The position numbers were made by a program, and so were the translations under genes. A stretch of DNA of 64,000 nt from Squalus acanthias (Eukaryota): contig CM059438.1 in NCBI GenBank assembly GCA_030390025.1, positions 64,916,001 to 64,980,000 on the forward strand. The letters run 5' to 3'. Each line of letters opens with the position of its first letter. Positions within the stretch are counted from its first letter, which is position 1. Of this stretch, positions 47,501 to 60,039 are shown in pieces. The notes under the pieces are model-generated. The model had not been told where the DNA came from, did not search any database, and worked only from the letters and a program-made list of their open reading frames with translations.

Positions 47501-48135
47501 AAACAGCTGGTTCGAGCTGTTACCCAGATAAGCAATGCCAGTTTTGTTGCGGCTCATGCGTCTTCAGATTGGGGTTTTACACAGGATTGCCAAATATGAT
47601 ATCCGCTTTTTTATAAATCTCCTGCCAAACCTGCCCAGACTAGTTTGCCTTCCACTCTCAATGCCTATTGCTAACTGAATTTTATTGATGTGAATGGGTC
47701 ACTGACCTGGACTTTGAAGACATGATGTTACTAATCGGTTTGGCATCTTGCGAGAAGCCTTTGCAATAAAAAATTTCACCGCACGAATCAAAAAATTGCC
47801 GAACACCTGTCTCCGCTTAACTTCCGAATTCCAAGGGAATTGGTCCACAACATGTTTCCTGCAGATTATGTTCAGACCTGCACCACCCAACCACCTGCAT
47901 ACTTGATTATTTATTGCACTGTAATCACAGGGAGATTTACAGCAACGAATACCGACAGATGCTCAACCATACCAACTACAATCACAAAATGCCACAACAA
48001 TCGTTGTTGTTGATTCTTCCCATCCTTATCAGGGTTCAACCTACTCCCTCCCCCATGGCTCAATAGGTGCATGCACCTTGCAGTGCGGCACTAAGTCATA
48101 CAGAATAGGAAGATCCGTGTTCTCTGCTGAATGAG

Positions 48136-48540
48136 TCTTCTTCTTCTTCTTAGGCAGTCCCTCGGGATGAGGATGACTTGCTTCCACATTAAAAATGAGA
48201 TCGCAGGTGACTGATGAGTCCAATGCGGGACCTACAGTCTCTGTTACAGGTGGGGCAGACAGTGGTTGAAGGGGCAGGTGGGTGGGGTGCTTGGGTTGAC
48301 GTGCGCTCCTTGCGCTGCCTGCGCTTGGCTTCTGCTTGCTCCCGGCAAAGAGACTCGAGGTGTTTGGCGCCTTCCCGGATGCTTCTCCTCCACTTTGTGC
48401 GGTCTTGGGCCAGGGATTCCCAGGTGTCAGTGGGGATGTTGCACTTTGAGGCTTTGAGGGTGTCCTTGAAGCGTTTCCTCTATCACCTGGGGCTCTCTTG
48501 CCGTGCCGGAGCTCCGAGTAGAGCGCTTGTTTTGGGAGTC
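48136..48540 (-). mobile_element. RTE LINE 3' fragment
   Basis: Near-identical to 49590-49998; (AAG)n tail on the minus strand. Confidence 0.92.
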
Positions 48541-48610
48541 TGAATTAGTACGATGTTGACTTCAGTCTCCTTACCCGAGGGATGTTGAAAAACACATTTT
48601 CATTGCTGTT

Positions 48611-48710
48611 ATAAAAACAGAAAATGCTGGAAACACTCAGCAGGCCAGGCAGTATCTGTGGAGAGAGAAACAGAGTTAACATTTCAGGTCGATGACCTTT
48701 CATCAGATCT
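48611..48710 (-). repeat. Penelope-type terminal repeat fragment with a minimal hammerhead motif
   Basis: Minus strand CTGATGA-A-AGGTC-ATC-GACCT-GAAAT-GTT; homologous to 59938-60038. Confidence 0.7.
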
Positions 48711-49175
48711 CCATTACTTGGGTTCAATGAAGAACTCCAAGGGGATGCATTACAAATGAACACCATTCAGTGGGACCAAGATAGACAAATCATGCACTCA
48801 GCTCCCTGCCACAAAGCACTTCTGTCTCCAGAGTTCCCACGGGCATCTGTTTATTTTTTCTTGAAGTGGCAGCTGATGCTTTAGAATGAGGGAAAGGGTT
48901 CATTTACAAAGCAGTTTGTCACATTTCTCAGGGACGTCTCGAAGCACTTCACATACAGTGAATTATTTTGACAAGCGGTGACTTGTTACGTAGGCCAATA
49001 CATCTATCGTCCTGAACACACCAAGATCCCACAAACAACAGTGTGCTGAATGATCATTTCATCTTTCTGGCATTGGTTGAGGGGGTCATTTTAGCCAGGA
49101 GCGCAGCCATACTCTTCTTTGAAAAATGCCATAGAATTTTTAACCTCAACCTGAAGCATCAGAGCAGTGGTATGG

Positions 49176-49472
49176 AGTCATAGAGTCATAGAGTTATACA
49201 GCACAGAAAGAGGCCCTTCGGCCCATTGTGTCCGCGCCGGCCATCAAGCCCTGTCTATTCTAATCCCATTTTCCAGCACTTGGTCCGTAGCCTTGTATGC
49301 TATGGCGTTTCAAGTGCTCATCTGAATGCTTCTTGAATGTTGTGAGGGTTCCTGCCTCTACCACCCTTTCAGGCAGTGAGTTCCAGATTCCAACCACCCT
49401 CTGGGTGAAAAAGTTTTTCCTCAAATCCCCTCTACACCTCCTGCCCCTTACCTTGAAACTATGCCCCTGGTT
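49176..49472 (-). mobile_element. CR1 3' fragment
   Basis: (ACTCTATG)n tail; minus strand encodes FFTQRVVGIWNSLP. Confidence 0.85.
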
Positions 49473-49589
49473 ATCCTGCCATTATTTATCCCTCAACCAA
49501 CATCACTAAAAACAGATTATCTGGTCATTAGCACAATGCTGTTTGTGGGAGCTTGCTGTGCACAAATTGGCTGCCGCGTTTCCTGCATT

Positions 49590-51675
49590 CTTCTTCTTCT
49601 TAGGCCGTCCCTCGGAACCGAGGATGACTTGCATCAACATTAAAAATGAGTTCTCAGGTGACTGATGAGTCCAATGCGGGACCTACCGTCTCTGTCACAG
49701 GTGGGGCAGACGGTGGTTGAAGGGCCGGGTGGGTGGGGTGCTTGGGTTGACGTGCGCTCCTTCCGCTGTTTGCGCTTGGCTTCCGCTTGCTCCCGGCGAA
49801 GAGACTTGAGGTATTTGGTGCCTTCCCAGATGCTTCTCCTCCACTTTGTGCGGTCTTGGGCCAGGGATTCCCAGGTGTCGGTGGGGATGTTACACTTTTT
49901 CAAGGAGGCTTTCAGAGTGTCCTTGAAGTGTTTCCTCTGCCCACCTGGGGCTCTCTTGCCGTGTTGGAGCTCCGAGTAGAGCGCTTGTTTTGGGAGTCTC
50001 GTATCGGGCATGCGGACGATGTGACCCGTTCATCGGAGCTGATCGAGCGTGGTCAAAGCTTCGATGCTGGGGATGTTGGCCTGAGCGAGAACACTGACGT
50101 TGGTACGCCTATCCTGCCAATGGATTTGCAGGATCTTGCGGCGGCAGTGTTGGTGGTACCTCTCCAGTGCTTTGAGGTGCCTGCTGTAAATGGTCCATGT
50201 CTCTGAGGCATACAGGACGGCGGGTATTACTACTGCTCTGTAGACCATGAGCTTGGTGCCGGGTTTGAGGTCCTGGTCTTCAAACACTCTCTTCCTCAGG
50301 CGACCGAAGGCTGCACTGGCACACTGAAGGCGGTGTTGGACTTCGTCATCGACGTCTGCCCTTGTTGACAGTAGGCTCCCGAGGTATGGAAAGTGGTCCA
50401 CGTTGTCCAAGGCCTTGTCATGGATTTTGATAATCGGGGGGCAGTACTGTGTGGCGGGGGCAGGTTGATGTCTTACGGATGTTTAGTGTAAGGCCCATGC
50501 TCTCGTACGTTTCGGTGAAGGTGTTAACGATGGTTTGGAGTTCGATCTCTGAGTGTGCGCAGACGCAAGCGTCGTCTGCATACTGTAATTCGATGACAGA
50601 GGAAGTGCCTGCTGGAAGAAGCACTTCGAAGATCTCCTTAACCGAGACTCTGTCTTTGACGCGAGTGTCCTCAACTCCATCCCGCAGTATGCTACTCGCC
50701 ACCATCTCAGCACAACCCCAGCCTGGCATGAGGTTGAAAAGGCCATCCGACAACTGAAGAACAACAAGGCCTCAGGAGCAGATGGAATCCCTGCTGAGCC
50801 GCTAAAGCATGGCGGAGAAGCACTACTGGCGCAAATTCATGAACTCATTTCTCTTATCTGGAAGGAGAAGAGCATGCCAGGGGATCTCAGAGACGCCGTA
50901 ATTGTGACCATTTTCAAGAAAGGTGACAAGTCCGATTGCGGTAATTACAGAGGAGTTTCCTGCTGTCTGCCACAGGGAAAGTCATCGCAAGCATCCTCCT
51001 CAATCGCCTTTTCCCAGTGGTTGAAGAGCTCCTCCCAGAGTCGCAATGCGGATTCCGCCCACTAAGGGGCACAATGGACATGATCTTAAATATAGTCATT
51101 AAATATATTCATGAATGAGTTAGATATATTTCTTAAAGCTAAAGGTATCAAGGGATATGGGGAGAAGGCAGGTACAGGGTACTGAGTTTGGATGATCAGC
51201 CATGATCTCATCGAATGGCGGAGCAGGCTCGAGGGGCCGAATGGCCTACTCCTGCTCCTATCTTCTATGTTTCTATGTTTCACCACGTGCCAATTACAAG
51301 AGAAATGCAGGGAACAGCGCCAACCGCTGTACATGGCCTTCTTTGACCTCACAAAGGCCTTTGACACTGTCAACCGTGAGGGATTATGGAGTGTCCTCCT
51401 CAAATTCGGCTGCCCTCAAAAGTTTGTCATCATCCTCCGCCTGCTTCACGACGACATGCAAGCCATGATCCTGACCAACGGTTCCACCACAGACCCAATT
51501 CATGTCCGGACCGGGGTCAAGCAAGGCTGTGTCATCGCACCAACGCTCTTCTCAATCTTCCTTGCTGCAATGCTCCATCTCACCCTCAGTAAGCTCCCCA
51601 CTGGAGTGGAGCTAATTTACAGAACAAACGGGAAACTGTTCAACCTCCGTCGCCTCCAGTCCAGATCCAAGGTCG
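49590..51675 (-). mobile_element. RTE LINE with an inverted 5' segment, inserted in a DeuSINE
   Basis: 3' part on the minus strand at 49590-50602; upstream RT part on the plus strand at 50603-51675 (NYRG, FFDLTKAFDTV, GVKQGCVIAPTLF); TSD TCCTGCATT/TCCTACATT; SINE halves at 49480-49589 and 51676-51785. Confidence 0.92.
51088..51278 (+). mobile_element. CR1 3' tail fragment nested in the RTE
   Basis: CR1 3' UTR plus (TTCTATGT)2; the RTE frame resumes after it. Confidence 0.88.
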
Positions 51676-53137
51676 TCCTACATTACAACAGCGACTGTAC
51701 TTCAAAAGTACTTCATTGGCTGTAAAGCAGTCTGGGACACCCTGACATCATAAAAGGTGCAATATGAATGTACGTCTTTCTTTCTTCTTTCTATTCCAGC
51801 ATGAGTCAATGTCATCAAGCGATGAAGGAAGTAAAGTTGGAGGGGGAGGAGAGGGACAACGTTACCTCTCCACATTTGTATTGTCCTGTTGCTGTTCTGG
51901 TTAAAAAAAAAACCCAGATACAATAACAAATTAAAAAGAACACATTTCCGTACTTTTTTTTGCCAACAAGGCTGCAAGCAGACATCTTGTGCAGACTTCT
52001 GGCCTGCAGTGACACTGTAACATTTCTGCAGTGAGGCATGAGGACTACAGTCTCTATTCATGAAGTCACTGCAGCAACGATCTCATCGAAATGGCTGCTC
52101 TGACTGAAAACATCGACAGAGAAAGAAAAAAAAACAACGGACACCCCACTTTCCCACACACTTCACATTCTGCAGCAAAGAAAGCCAAATCGAGTTCTCC
52201 TTTAAAGAGGTGATGATGCAGTTCTGTGCCGAATATTGTTTGTGAAATGTTAACTGTGTAATAAGCTCTTTGCTTGTACCTGGGTATAAAGCAGAAGTTT
52301 GCGTTTATTGTATAACACGGTGACTTTGTAATAAATAGTTTGCCAACTCTCAAAAAATGTTTGTTTGATGAAATGGGGAGATGAAAGGATGCTGGAGCAG
52401 TATTTCATTGTTTGGTGGATTGGTGTCAGCTCAGCTTGACATTGCTTTCAGCCACATGGAGCTTTGGGAATACTTGTTCTTTGAAACGATTAGTACTACT
52501 TGTTAAATTCCTGCTGTGAAAATAGCTACATCCAACCCAACACCTACCCAATTGACAGCACTGGTACAAGAGAATTGCACTTTCCCATTCCAGTCACTTT
52601 GGCATATTCTCTGGTGTCTGTACAGACAGCCTCTCTATAAAATGATAGGTTATATTGGCTGAGAGAGTTTGCTGCTGTTTCGCCTTTGTTGAGTGAAATT
52701 ACCCCTGACAATGAGGTGTTTCAGTGGGAGAATGCTGCACTCAAGATATTAATGGGCTTATACTGAGCTCCTCGGTAAGCAATCAGCAAGTACTTCGAGA
52801 GATCTATTGTACAAAAAGATCGACGCAAACACAACTATGGAACCAGAGCAAATAAAGGGAACAAATTCGTTGTTAACTCTAGACTTTTAAAGCTACTTTA
52901 TGATGTCAGTAAAACACCTCTAACTGGCAGCTTCAAAACATAAAGCGTTGATTTTTGGTTCACATGAAAAGCACAAAAGGAATTGCAGAACAAAGGCACA
53001 GTTGGCTTATTCAGTCATCATAAATGAGTGGTCCCGATCAGAGCAGGCCTTTCTTATATTCGAGACAAGCCCGGGAGATCGTGGAGAACTGATGGAATTG
53101 CAGAATGCGATCTTCAGACCACTCATAATGGAAGGTC

Positions 53138-53497
53138 CATGGAATATGCTGCCCCAAAAAGCTGTAGAAGCTACATCATTACATAAATTTAAAACAGAAA
53201 TAGACAGTTTCCTAGAAGTAAAGGGAATTAAGGGTTACGGGGAGCGGGCAGGAACTTGGACATGAGTCTAGGTTCGGATCGGTCATGGCCCTGTGGGTAG
53301 CGTAGCGGGCCCAGGGGCCATGTAGCCTGATCCTGCTCCTATTTTGTGTGTCCAATTCTGTTAGGTTCAGGAGATGGTTCTGTGATAGTAGATTGGCGGT
53401 TAGGATCAGATCAGCCATGATCTTATTGAATGGAGGAGCAGGCTCGAGGGGCCAATTGGCCTACTCCTGCTCCTATTTCTTATGTTCTTATGTTTAT
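53138..53497 (+). mobile_element. CR1 3' fragment with an extended 3' UTR
   Basis: WNMLPQKAVEA..IKGYGERAG peptide followed by two stem-loop-like 3' modules. Confidence 0.8.
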
Positions 53498-53809
53498 GTT
53501 CTTATAATAAAGCTCTGGAAAACCCCTCTAGATAAAAGAAAAGTGGAATTTGACTTTCAAGCCCCGTAAATGAATGGTCCTAATTATGAGGGGGTGTTTT
53601 AAAAAAAAGATGAAGTGGTTTCTTCGGTGGCTGGTCATGTGTAACACCTGGTTTACCTATACTCTGATCTCTACTACGTGCGAAGATAACCATAAAGCAT
53701 GACCTAGGCATGTGTCCACCAGTTTACTTGAAGCCGTCCATGACAAGTGGGCGTCACACGACATCAACTAATTGATAGCAACAAACAAATTGCGATTCAT
53801 TCTGACGGT

Positions 53810-54965
53810 CAACCTCAACATCCTCCTCCAACATTTCTCCTCCGTTGCCCAGCTCAGTGGGACTGCCCTCGCGTGGTTTCACCCTTACCTATCCAATCAT
53901 AGCCAGAGCATCTCCAACAATGGCATCTCTGCCCGCCCCCCACACCATTGCCTCTGGATTCCCCCAAGGATCTATCCGAGGCCACCCTCCTCTTCCTCAT
54001 CTACAAGCTCCCCCTTAGCGACATCATTCATTGAAAACATTTTTCTTCTCCCAAAAATAGGAGGAAGATGGGAAGGCTTAGAACAGTGCTTTGGTTTCTG
54101 CAAAGCAGCAGAATTTCATGGCCGTTCAGACTTTAATTGCCAAGAGCCACTCATAAATAATAACCGAGGGGGCAACACCCATTAAAATGTTTCCCAGTAA
54201 GCGAGTTAAAGTTTTGTGGAGGAGAGTGGAGAAAATTGGAGGAGAAAAAAGTTATGATAGTTTGCGTCACTGACTGAAGTATTTATGACTAGCAGAGGTT
54301 GAAGCAAGTCAGCTTAGCGTTGGGTGGGATGTGGGACACAGCACAACATCAGCTTGCAAAGCTGGAAGGAATGGGAATTTAGTTGGATCCAGGGTTTGGG
54401 GATTTTTGGCAACAGTTGAATAAGATGACTTCTGACTTCCCAATGTTCAACTGGAGAAGGTTCTGGCTCATCCACACTTGATGTCAAAACTAGTCTGACA
54501 ACACAGAAACAGTCGCTTGTGGTACTGGTGAGGTAGAACTGAGCATCATCAGCTTTCATGTGGAAACTGGCCTCCAGTCTATGATTAATGTTGCCAAGCA
54601 AGATGCAACATTAAGATGAGGAAAAGGTGGGGACCAAGGATGAAACATTCGTGAGGTGACTTTGTGAGGGCTGGAGGAATAGATCTTGCAGGAGATTGGC
54701 TGGCTATTTTGGCACAGGTATAAATGGAACCAAACAAGAATAGTCCCACATCAAAGAAAAAAAGAAAAACTTGCATTTATATAGCACCTTTCATGACCAC
54801 CGGACGTCCCAAAGCACTTTACAGCCAATTAAGTATTTTTGAAGTGTAGTCGCTGTTGTAATATACAAACGTGGATCACGTAGGAGAGGCAGTAGAGGAG
54901 GGTGGAATGGTGAACTTTATCAAACATTGCAGAGAGGTCAAGGAGGGATAATGCACCATGGCTAA
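53810..54965. mobile_element. Degenerate L2 RT fragments in both orientations, plus a DeuSINE tail at 54765-54862
   Basis: LSGTALAWFHPYLSN (+); FHMKADDAQFY, ILGPHLF and LLDLSAMFDKVHH (-). Confidence 0.7.
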
Positions 54966-57440
54966 TTAGACTGATGCTTGGCAAACGTATATAAGGTATA
55001 ATTTGTCTTTGAATATGTGTAATGAGGATACTTAACATTTCCTTTTAAGTTCTAAATCAGGCAAACTAAATCTCTTTGTGCATTTTGATTGTTGTGAGGA
55101 CAATCTCAATTATGATGAAGAAAATCTTCACTCTTATACACAGAGGTACCAAAAATATTGAACATTGTGGATGAATGGTGGAGGGGGAAAGGAATCTCAA
55201 AGTACACTGCATAATGGAAATGCCTTAAGGCATGTTGTAGTGAAAGATAGCCGAAGGAATGCATGTTTTGAATGCAGCAAAAGCTTTTCGATGCTTGTAC
55301 AAAAGAAATACGTTTTTTTTTAAATAAAAGAGCATTCTGTCAATCTCGGGGCCTACTTCCATGCTTCTTCTAATCTGAAAGTAAGGATAGGCTGCAGATG
55401 ACAAAGAACCATTTGCTGTATGGTTTTTGAATTTAGCATTTGTGCTTATTAGTGTGCAGGCACAATGCAAACGTTTTGTGGATAGAATGAAAATTTTGAT
55501 ATGAATAAAATGATTGTTGCAACTACTTTTTTGAGGTGTTGGTCAATGGAAAGAATGGACAGCATGGTAAATATCCTATTCCCCCCCTCCTTGACACACA
55601 GCCTCCAGATCTGCATCTTGGCATGATTTAATATTTCCCACAGTTTTCCTGGGAGTAGTATTGCTTTCAGCTGGTAAGGGCACTGAAAAGGAGAGAACCA
55701 GCTGGCGCGATGCAAAAGTAATTAATCCACCCCGATCTTAACTGGTCCATGTATGTAGATGGCGCATTTCAACATGGTACCATATTCTTAACACTGGCAC
55801 GGTGCCAAAATGCCTTCAGCATAATTACTAGTGCGATTGCTCAATGGAGCCAATGATGGATATTAATATGAGATTTTGTTCGCCCACAGCTTTGTGTCAT
55901 AATATTTTAAGAACATTTACAGGAAATTGCAATATTCTCCATTTATGTTCTGCTTACAGGGCTGTCCGAAAGCAATCATGGTTTCTTCAGAGGAGGGTTC
56001 TGTCAAAACAAGTGACATCTTTTCCATCTATACGTGGATGCCCAGATTGCTTGCAATTCTGAAGAGGAATAATATACAACAGGTGAGGCACGGAAATTCA
56101 CTCTAGCTTAATTGAATGCACGAAGCTCATGAAATAAAGCTGTCAGTCTCTGCAAGATGGTGCTTTGAACATTGTCTTTGCATAAAGTTACAATCCTTTG
56201 CTAACTTATTTGTCTTTTGAATATTGGGTTGCGTTCTGCTATATTAGGTTGCGGCTTTTAAAATGAAAACTTAACCCGCCAGTTAAATTACTCTGGCAAT
56301 TAGATGCGTATTAACATAAAATGCATGCTGTGAGCACTGTTTGATTTAAAAACCGTTTTGAGAAACTTGCTTGATAACCACTTTCTCTCCTGACAAAGTC
56401 AATCTCGCGACTAACGATGACACAGTGTGGGTGTCCTACTCAGATGTAACTCCTTCAGACTGAAACGCGAAAGCAACGAGGGAACTTTCTTGCCAAATTT
56501 ACCTACTGCATTATTAACAGTGCTGTTGGCTCCTGAATTGCAAGGTATGAGTTTTTACTACGTATTTCGACAAGACTTTGCACTGTAACAAAATCTGTGG
56601 CTGTTGCCTTGAATGAGTGGCATTCTTTAGCAACGATTTCATTAGAGAGTAATGGAAGCTGCTTTTTTGACCAGTTCCAGAAGTAGGTTTGCAGTTTGCA
56701 GTGGACTGTGGAACTGATCTGGATGCAGACATATGAAGCAGGTGGGAAGAGATGAGCAACATAAACATTTCCTTGTCATTTCTGCCCCACATGCTACGTT
56801 GTGAAGTGTCATACCGTGGGAAAATAAGTTAAGTCCAAATGAGTTGACGTGACATTGCCACCAGCTAAGTCCTGTCAATATTTATGCTCCATTGGCTATT
56901 ATTTCTGTGGTGTTGCAGTCTGTGATCTGATGCAATGTCTATCTGGATGCTGAAGGGGTATTTAAGCTGTAATTGGAGTTCATTAGGAGTCTGACTGAAT
57001 CTGAGCAAAGAATTGAGCTAACAGAAGCTCAGGGCAAAGCCCTGTGGGGGTTTAACCAGGCTGCCTGCCCAGAAATGAGAATATGTCAACAGTTTTTTTT
57101 CGAGTTGTGTTGTGTTCAGAGAGAAACACCGGCCGAATTCCCAATAATTATTGTAAATAAACTGTCTGATTGCACTGCACTGCCTTGCACTCCATCCTGA
57201 ATTTTGGGGAAGGTTTATGTTGAATATGAACAGAGGCATTTACATTTTCCACATCACAGGCCAAATGATTATAAAGACGCGGGGGGTAGATATTGGTCAT
57301 CGTTGAGCTTATTTTTCGGATGGAAAACAACGAGCAAAAATAAACAGTTTCACAGGGCTTTGTCCTGCATCTCAAGACATCTGAGAAATGTTCAACATCA
57401 TATTGGCTGGGGCGGCCTCCTAAAACAATGATTCGACATC

Positions 57441-57568
57441 AGCCGTGGCTCAGTTGGTAGCACTCTCACCTCTGAGTCAGAAGGTTGTGGGTTTCAAGTC
57501 CCACTCTGAGAGACTTGAGCACAAAAATCTAGGCTGATACTCCAGGCGCTATATAAATGCAAGTTCTT
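57441..57568 (+). mobile_element. Internally deleted DeuSINE (head joined directly to tail)
   Basis: Head matches 25289-25385 and is directly followed by GGCGCTATATAAATGCAAG. Confidence 0.8.
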
Positions 57569-58191
57569 GCTTAGATCTTTAGGCCCCTTGCTTATGTTAA
57601 TGAGAGGCCTAATGCCTGACTTAGGTCCCCTCCGAGAAATTGGGCTATCGTGAGGCTGCTCAAGTTTTCGGAGCATAAATGTGGCCTAGCAAATGGCCGC
57701 CACCGAAAAAGCAGTTTTTATTTTTAAGGAATGGGAGTGCTCTCCACAGCACTCCTTAGAGCTGCTGCCAACCCGCATTCGGCCCCCCTTTCATTATCCT
57801 CTCTTTGCCCCCCCCCCCCCCACCCCACTTTGGGACTTAGCTGAGCGCCACTGCCGGTGAGTTAAGCTGCCCGAAATTCATCCTGTTGAAATGGGCGAGT
57901 TGCCTGTGGAGGCCCAACAGGTGCTGGCAGCTCACCTAAATTATTAAAATTCATAATCTGGTCTTCCGGTTGGGGCACGTGCTCCTTGTGCACCATCGGT
58001 TATGGGCCCGCAAAGTGGCCGTAACCAATTTCCCCCTCATGGACTCCGTATCAAATCAATTGCATACAGAATGTTCGTACGTGAGTTATCGTATCAGCTC
58101 CAAATTAGTTTTCACCCAGGTTACTGCTATCTTAAGGACTCTGAAAGCAGGCATCTTTGTATGTTCAATATTTCAGGAGTCCATTAGTGTA

Positions 58192-58718
58192 ATAAACCTG
58201 AAGTCATCCAAAACTTTGCTGCCCGTGTCCTAACTTGCACCAAGTCCTGTTCACCCATCACCCCCTGTGCTCGCTGACCTACATTGGCTCCCTCTCAAGC
58301 AACGCCTCGATTTCAAAATTCTCATGCTTGTTTTCAAATCCCTCTATGGCCTCGCCCCTCCCTATCTCTGTATCTCCTTCAGCCCCACAACCCCCCCGAG
58401 ATATCTGCGCTCCTCTAATTCTGCCCTCTTGAGCATCCCTGATTATAATCGCTCAACCTTTGGTGGCTGTGCCTTCTGTTGCCTAGGCCCTAAGCTCTGG
58501 AATTCCCTGCCTAAACCTCTCCGCCTCTCTGCCTCTCTCTCCTCCTTTAAGACGCTCCTTAAAACCCACCTCTTTAACCAAGCTTTTGGTCACCTGCCCT
58601 AATTTCTCCTTTTGTGACTCGGTGTCAAATTTGTTGTCTTATAACACTCCTGTGAAGCGCCTTGGGACGTTTTACTCCGTTAAAGGTGCTATATAATTAC
58701 AAGTTGTTGTTGTTGTTG
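58192..58718 (+). mobile_element. L2 LINE 3' fragment
   Basis: ORF 58267-58602 reads LADLHWLPLKQRLDFKILML..APPYL..KLWNSLP..FKTLLKTHLF; (GTT)n tail. Confidence 0.92.
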
Positions 58719-58872
58719 TCATACTGGATTGAAGTGTTCGCAGTCAAGAAAATTAGGCTGGAAGAATTCATCCAGAGAGTAGCTGACCAGAAAGGTCTCA
58801 GGTTAGCTGCTTTCAGCCTCGGTAGTAACACTGCAATTGGGCTTTTTTCTCCCACAGGTAAGTGACAGCTGT

Positions 58873-59750
58873 GTCTCACTGGGTCGCACTCTTGCCTTTG
58901 AGTCAGAAGGTTTTGTGGGGTTCAAGTCCCACTTCAGTACACAAATCTAGGCTGACCCTGCAGTGCAGTACTGAGGGAGACCTTAAGATTGCAGTAACTT
59001 GGGAGAAAACTAATTTGGAGCTGATATGATAACATGCATACAAACATTCTGTATGTAATTGATTAGTATCAAAATCACTTGTGTTTCTCTGTATGAAGGA
59101 ACTGTTAGAAACTTCGGCCTAGAAATTTTGGTTTTGGGCACTCCCCCCGCGCATGAATGGTAGAGTCCGAGGAGCTCCGGATATTGGGTCTCAGATCTCA
59201 TTCGCATTCCGGTCAGAAATGTGCGCGAGCTTCCTGCCCATCACTTGAAAAACGGGTGCTACGTGACTCAATTGCAACAGTGACTACACTTCAAAAAGTT
59301 CTTTCTTTGGCTGTAAAGTGCTCTGGGACGTCCTGAGGGTGTGAAAGGCGCTGTAGAAATGCAAGTCTTTCTTTTCTTTATTCCCAGATAAGTACTGAGG
59401 GAGTGCTGCACTGTCAGAGGTGCCGTCTTTCGGCCGAGACGTTAAACCGAGGCCCCGTCTGCCCTCTCAGGTGGACGTAAAAGATCCCATGGCCACTATT
59501 TCGAAGAAGAGCAGGGGAGTTATCCCCGGTGTCCTGAACAATGTTTATCCCTCAATCAACATCACTAAAACAGATTATCGGGTCATTTATCACAGTGCTG
59601 TCTGTGGGAGCTTGCTGTGCGCAAATTAGCTGCCCCGTTTCCTACATTACAACAGTGACTACACTTCAAAAAGTACTTCATTGGCTGTAAAATGCTTTGG
59701 GGCGTCCCGAGGGCGTGAAAGGTGCTATATAAATGCAAGTCTTCCTTTTC
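58873..59750 (+). mobile_element. Interrupted or rearranged DeuSINE (head 58873-58980, extra tail ~59270-59375, body and tail 59392-59750)
   Basis: Segments homologous to 25289-25735; a MITE-like end GGCCTAGAAATTTT lies at ~59116 inside the interruption. Confidence 0.8.
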
Positions 59751-59901
59751 TTTATACCCGGATAAGGAGAGGAAAATCAACCGCGGTTCATGCTCTCGAT
59801 CAGCATTCCTGATCCCTGCTAGAAGTACGCATCCATGGATGTCAGATGAGTATAAAGTCGGGCTCTGCTCTGAGGTCCCATAGCCATGTAGCTAAATGTA
59901 A

Positions 59902-60039
59902 TACAAAAAGAAAATACTGCAGATGCTGGAAATCTGAAATAAAAACAGAAAATGCTGGAGATACTCAGCAGGTCAGGCAGCATCTGTGAAGAGAGAAACA
60001 GAGTTAACGTTTCAGGTCGATGACCTTTCGTCAGAACTG
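59902..60039 (-). repeat. Penelope-type terminal repeat fragment
   Basis: Homologous to 17775-17896 and 48611-48710; begins with a hammerhead motif on the minus strand. Confidence 0.75.
60002..60038 (-). ncRNA. Minimal type I hammerhead ribozyme motif
   Basis: AGUU-CUGACGA-A-AGGUC(AUC)GACCU-GAAAC-GUU-AACU: complete core, 5-bp stem II, 4-bp stem I, and palindromic AACGUU in place of stem III. Confidence 0.75.

Noticed and set aside
48208..48240. CTGATGA-GTCC..GGAC, resembling a hammerhead core with stem II (also at ~49662)
   Set aside because: No GAAA follows the stem; the sequence is the antisense of the RTE zinc-finger coding region.
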